From assembly GCA_040285855.1 (NCBI GenBank), contig JAUFOQ010000017.1, positions 372,001 to 436,000 on the forward strand: a DNA stretch of 64,000 bases, read 5' to 3'. Position 1 is the stretch's first letter. Each line of letters begins with the position of its first letter. Both the position numbers and the translations under genes were made by a program. Below the pieces are notes generated by a model. It did not search any database. It was not told where the DNA came from and saw only the letters and a program-made list of their open reading frames with translations. Positions 59,480 through 64,000 of this stretch are shown here, one piece after another. This stretch comes from Eukaryota sp. GEM-RC1 (Eukaryota).

Positions 59480-61007
59480 ATTTTATTTATCAAATTTTTT
59501 TTGTGATGTTGTTGTTAAGCATTCCGTTGTAGTATACACTCATTTAATATATAGAACACGTATTACTGTAGCACACAAATAATGCATTAAAATACAAAGT
59601 TAAATAGAGGTACTACAAGTGTTTAGCTGGAAGCTGTTCCAACTATCAGGAACTATATTCGTGTGATCAAATTGTGTTGCGGTCTTTACTCGTTCTGGAT
59701 AAAGACCACAGCAACCTACAGAGGTTGCAGTTAGATTGATCTCATCACAACAGACTCTGTAAAAATCAAGCAATTTGGCTATTGACCGAAACCCCAACAA
59801 TTTCCTGTATTATTGAATCCTTTGTTTGACCCTTTGAAAATGCTAAAACTTTTAAAATAAGAAATAGCCACTCATAATTCAAAAAAGCACAACAAAATTG
59901 TCTTCCAACAGTTTGCTATTTCTATGAATGAGATTTCGTTCTCAGGCCAAGGGTATATTTGAATGTTTTTGAAAAATTGTGTCTAGATTTTGGAAATCGC
60001 TATTTGGACGGGATTTTGAACAAGTTATATGGGAATAACTATTTAGTACTAGTAGAATTGGGGAGGCCTTGTAGTACTTTTTATTTTGTTTGTGTTTTTG
60101 TTAATGTTTTAGATATGGTTTTTGACCTTAAAGTCCCCTTTTTCCTGTATTAATTGTTTCTTAGAAAATGATTGTTTCGGATTGAATGATATTACTGTGA
60201 CTATGTTGAAAGTCCCAAAGGAGAGAAGTAATTCATCAGTATGCGACCATTGGCAGATGTTGAGTGATTTGGTAATTTTGAAAAGAATTACATTGTACGT
60301 ACGTTATATTTCAATCCTTTTGATTACTAGTACTTGAAATGAAGTCTTCATTCATTGAAAGATATATTAAAATGGTAAGCTTGTTTGGATGTCCTTAAAA
60401 TATACATCCACATCAATTACAACTACAGCTTTATCATTGTAGAAGAATTAAGCAATTCTTTTAGAAAAGATAATAACACGAGCTGTTTGGAAACAAAAAA
60501 ACAGCTTTTTTATCACCAGAATGTTTACAGAACAAAAATAGTAAGATGAGTACAAACACTAGAACTCAATATCCTTTAAGCAACATTGAGAAGTATATCA
60601 TAAGAGAGTTGATATGATCAAAAGAACATTCAATTAAACATTCCACAATCCAGAATATCGATTCTAATTCTAACAAAGTACAGTAGTTACTGAAACATCT
60701 ACATCATCTGACATTCATTTCACAATGGACGGTTTAAAATCGAATCAAAACACCTAATCAAAGCTTTAAAAAGGAAAAGAGACAACCTTCATCACCTAGT
60801 CCAAATACTTTCAGTAAAAGTCTTCATCAATATCCGTTTGTAAATACTAACTATTGTTTTGATGGAAGAATTTAAATGAAATTAAATTAATGTTGTTTGG
60901 GAATATAAACAGTGTACGGTACATGTACTAATAATGACAGATTAAAATAGATAATTATAGCAAGTTTTTCTTTAACTCAGACTGTTCGCAGAAAAAAGGA
61001 AATCTGT

Positions 61008-62054
61008 TTATTTCCATATTCCATATACAAATTCCGTACATTTTGGACACCGTCCTTCATCTAAAAGAACCTGTACTCCACCAGTTTTTGATCTGTGAAT
61101 CACCTTTTCTTTGCAATTAAAACAATAACTATGGCTACGAGGATGTTCTGGGATATTACCCAAATAAACATACTTCAAACCTTCTGAATCAGCTATAGAA
61201 GCAGCTCTTTCGAGTGTGGCAACACTAGTTCTGGATATATCCATCAGTTTATATGTTGGATAACAAGCAGAGAAATGCAGGGGAATTGAGGTAGATACAG
61301 AAGCGACATATTGACACAGTTCACGCAGTTGTTCATCTGAACTGTTATGTCCCTCAATGACCAAGTTTGTTACTTCCACATGGATACCTAGTTCAAATGC
61401 TCTTTTGATCGTCTGCTGAACAGGCTCCAATCGAACTCCTCCACAGAGTTTTCTATAAAACTGATCATCCCCTTTTAAGTCAATATTCATTGCATCGAGA
61501 TGAGGAGCCATTGCAGTCACACTCTCTTCCGTCCAGTAACCATTGGTCACTGCAACAGTTTTGATTCCATGTTCTTTTGCTAGTTTAAATGAATCAAACA
61601 TGTATTCAAAAGCAATCACTGGTTCTGTATAAGTCTGGGCAATTGCCTTGATGTTTTTCCTCAATGCTGTTTGTACTATCTGCTCTGGACTTAAAGCGAT
61701 TCCCATAGATTCAAAGTCTTGAGTTTTGAAGCATCGATCCACGATACTAGATGCTTGTGAAATCGTGTAATTTTGGCAGAAAAGACAAGAGAAATTGCAA
61801 CCAACGTTGCCAAAGCTGTATATTGGAGACCCTGGGAGGACGTGGTATAAGGGTTTTTTCTCAATAGGATCAACATGAGTAGCTATAGCCTTTCCATAAG
61901 CCAGTGTACAAAGCTTGTTGTTCTTTACCACTCTGATATTACATTTGCCACGTTGATTCTCTTTGAGAACACAGCCCCAAGCACAGACATGACATTTGCA
62001 TTTGAAAGGATCTTCAGATAGCGTGGAGTAGAGTCTGGCTTCTGGAAAAGACAT
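61008..62054 (-). CDS. amrS: AmmeMemoRadiSam system radical SAM enzyme
   Basis: N-terminal CHVC..GC.......G.C..R, DPIEKKPLYH..PG, GCNFSCLFCQNYTISQ, TYTEP, NIDLKG, YVYLGN, C-terminal CxxC...CxxC. Confidence 0.92.
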   Translation of the reverse strand: MSFPEARLYSTLSEDPFKCKCHVCAWGCVLKENQRGKCNIRVVKNNKLCTLAYGKAIATHVDPIEKKPLYHVLPGSPIYSFGNVGCNFSCLFCQNYTISQASSIVDRCFKTQDFESMGIALSPEQIVQTALRKNIKAIAQTYTEPVIAFEYMFDSFKLAKEHGIKTVAVTNGYWTEESVTAMAPHLDAMNIDLKGDDQFYRKLCGGVRLEPVQQTIKRAFELGIHVEVTNLVIEGHNSSDEQLRELCQYVASVSTSIPLHFSACYPTYKLMDISRTSVATLERAASIADSEGLKYVYLGNIPEHPRSHSYCFNCKEKVIHRSKTGGVQVLLDEGRCPKCTEFVYGIWK

Positions 62055-62565
62055 GAAAGTGGGAAAAGGTCGTACTCAACTACTGTTGAATTCATTTGGG
62101 GTGCATACTCCCCAAAATCATTTTACCCCAAAAACTCTTCACCCCATAACCACATATCCCCAAACTGATTCACTTATACCTTCTTTGATGGATTCCATAC
62201 ATCGTTTGATATCCAGTGTTGAGCTTCTTTCAAGATAGAGACGTGTTTGCAGGTGTTCGTTCTTAGACTTGTGAACTGTGTTCAACCATGTCATGAATAA
62301 ACTCAACGTTGTGCAACTAGAACCATCCTACTACACATACATCACATTGACATCTTATCCTCCAAAGGAAAACACTAAGGTTTGCTACAACTCTGCTGGT
62401 TTGCTACAACTCTGATCGTGTAATACACTGCTGTGTCTTCAGTCATTTTTGACTGCATTTTTCAATTCTATCAGATGCTATCTGGAATGAGACTAAGGTC
62501 AACGACATCAAGTCCATGAAGCTTCATTCATCAGAAGACACAAAGACACCAAGTTATAACTACAT

Positions 62566-63246
62566 GTACAACATTTGGTGATACAACATTTGGTGATACA
62601 ACATTTGTAACTACAACATTTGGTGATACAACATTTGTAACTACAACATTTGTAATGAAAGTGTCGTATGTGTAATGAATTGTTGACCTAGACATGACTC
62701 TTATCTGTCTTCACTAATCAATGTGTTAACCCAGCCAAGAAAGATATTCACTATTAATGTCTAGAGTTGACTGAAAAGAACACCTTCGATCTTTTGAATT
62801 GTTGACTATTTTATATTAGAATTTACAAAACTACAAGTGCTTTCTGTAACACAAAATGTGTTTTACAAGATCTGTAATACAACATTTGAAACACAAGATC
62901 TGTAACACAAGATGTGTTTTACAAGATGTGTAACACAAGATCTGTAATACAACATTTGTAACACAAGATCTGTAACACAAGATCTGTAACACAAGATGTG
63001 TTTTACAAGATGTGTAACACAAGATGTGTAACACAAGATCTGTAATACAACATTTGTAACACAAGATCTGTAACACAAGATGTGTAATACAAGATGTGTT
63101 TTACAAGATGTGTAACACAAGATCTGTAATACAAGATTTGTAATACAAGATGTGTTTTACAAGATGTGTAACACAAGATTTGTAATACAAGATTTGTAAT
63201 ACAAGATGTGTTTTACAAGATGTGTTTTACAAGATGTGTAACACAA
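62566..63246. repeat. Minisatellite arrays (ACAAGATGTGTAAC/ACAACATTTGTAA-type 14-16 bp units)
   Basis: Long array at ~62845-63246 and short TACAACATTTGGTGA array at 62566-62655; reverse complement of the array at 24893-25060. Confidence 0.9.
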
Positions 63247-64000
63247 AATGAAACTATCAAAATTACCTATATTTTCCAATCTTTTTCAAAATTAAATATA
63301 ATTCAAATAAAACACACATCCCAATCTTTTCATCATTTTTCAAATACTCTTTCAAAACATGAAACAATTCCACAAGCACATCACTACAATAACGTTCATC
63401 AACATTATCCCTATTAATCACATCGGTAATGTAACAGTTTCTTATTGTTTTCACTTCCATACTTGATGCATATTCAGATCCAATACAATCTAGTACATTA
63501 TCGACAATTGACTGAATTCCAATAGTTAAGTCCACTCTCAATTGTTTTGAAGTAGCAACACGATTATACTCCAAAATAGGAGACAATGATATTGTTTCAT
63601 AAGTCATATTGTCAGTTTGTTGATATTCACATATGGAATCACATTTTTCATTTTCAAAGCTTTCAGTTTGAACTTCCTTGAGACAAAATCGCTTTTCATC
63701 ATCAATAAGAGGAAATACTTGGGAACTTTTTCTTTCTATACCAGCACTGACATTCTTTTTTAATAATAAATTCTTCGTTGGTAAAGGGGTTTTCTTCAAA
63801 CGGGGAAGCGATGGTAGAGTAATGTTGCCTCGTGGTAACTGAGGAAGTTTAGACTTATTGACACCAATCTCTGGGGAATTTTTGTTAAAAATTGAGTCAC
63901 AATTAATAAATTTGGGAGGAATATTAGTTTCATCTTCTTCAAGTTCATCATTTACAACAAAATCATCTAAACTTGTTGAAATTGTATCACTATCAGATTC
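63240..64000 (-). repeat. Dispersed repeat, copy 2 (inverted relative to 24144-24900), runs off window end
   Basis: Nearly the same peptide (TYETISLSPILEY...YCSDVLVELFHVLKEYLKND) and nucleotide sequence as copy 1. Confidence 0.9.

Noticed and set aside
62831..63120. Cys/His-rich ORFs (also 24885-25103)
   Set aside because: Translations of the minisatellite
1..64000. Prokaryotic or viral origin of the window
   Set aside because: Eukaryote-specific genes and spliceosomal introns are interspersed with the bacterial-like genes; no capsid or packaging genes seen

Overview
This is AT-rich eukaryotic DNA from a flagellated protist with a compact genome. Evidence: TAF6, radial spoke head, reticulon, CCDC47 and Spg1/Tem1 genes, 28-31 nt GT-AG introns, and several bacterial-like genes. 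An anaerobic metamonad-like organism is a guess only. Positions ~7.2-25.1 kb form a mobile-element island; 26-62 kb is mostly host genes. Main discovery: the minus-strand ORFs at 16690-22633 join into one polyprotein of about 1,980 codons after repairing four single-base homopolymer indels and passing one in-frame TGA. Its order is repeat leader, 2A StopGo motif (DVESNPGP), inactive Ulp1/C48 protease, intact Ulp1/C48 protease, degenerate PolB-type exonuclease, Fanzor1 RuvC nuclease with all three catalytic residues, and a CCHC knuckle. The internal stop lies in the UGA-CUAG readthrough context, and a hairpin/pseudoknot-rich candidate omegaRNA follows the ORF. Second discovery: a complete 119-nt 5S rRNA gene is split by a 5'-truncated RLE-type non-LTR retroelement, suggesting a 5S-targeting family. 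Also present: hAT and TA-flanked MITEs with TIRs and TSDs, a second Fanzor relic, a PIF1-linked repeat family in two inverted copies, MEMO1 and an AmmeMemoRadiSam radical SAM gene ~10 kb apart, and two APC permease-PTS EIIA fusion genes. All assignments are by eye; no searches were run.
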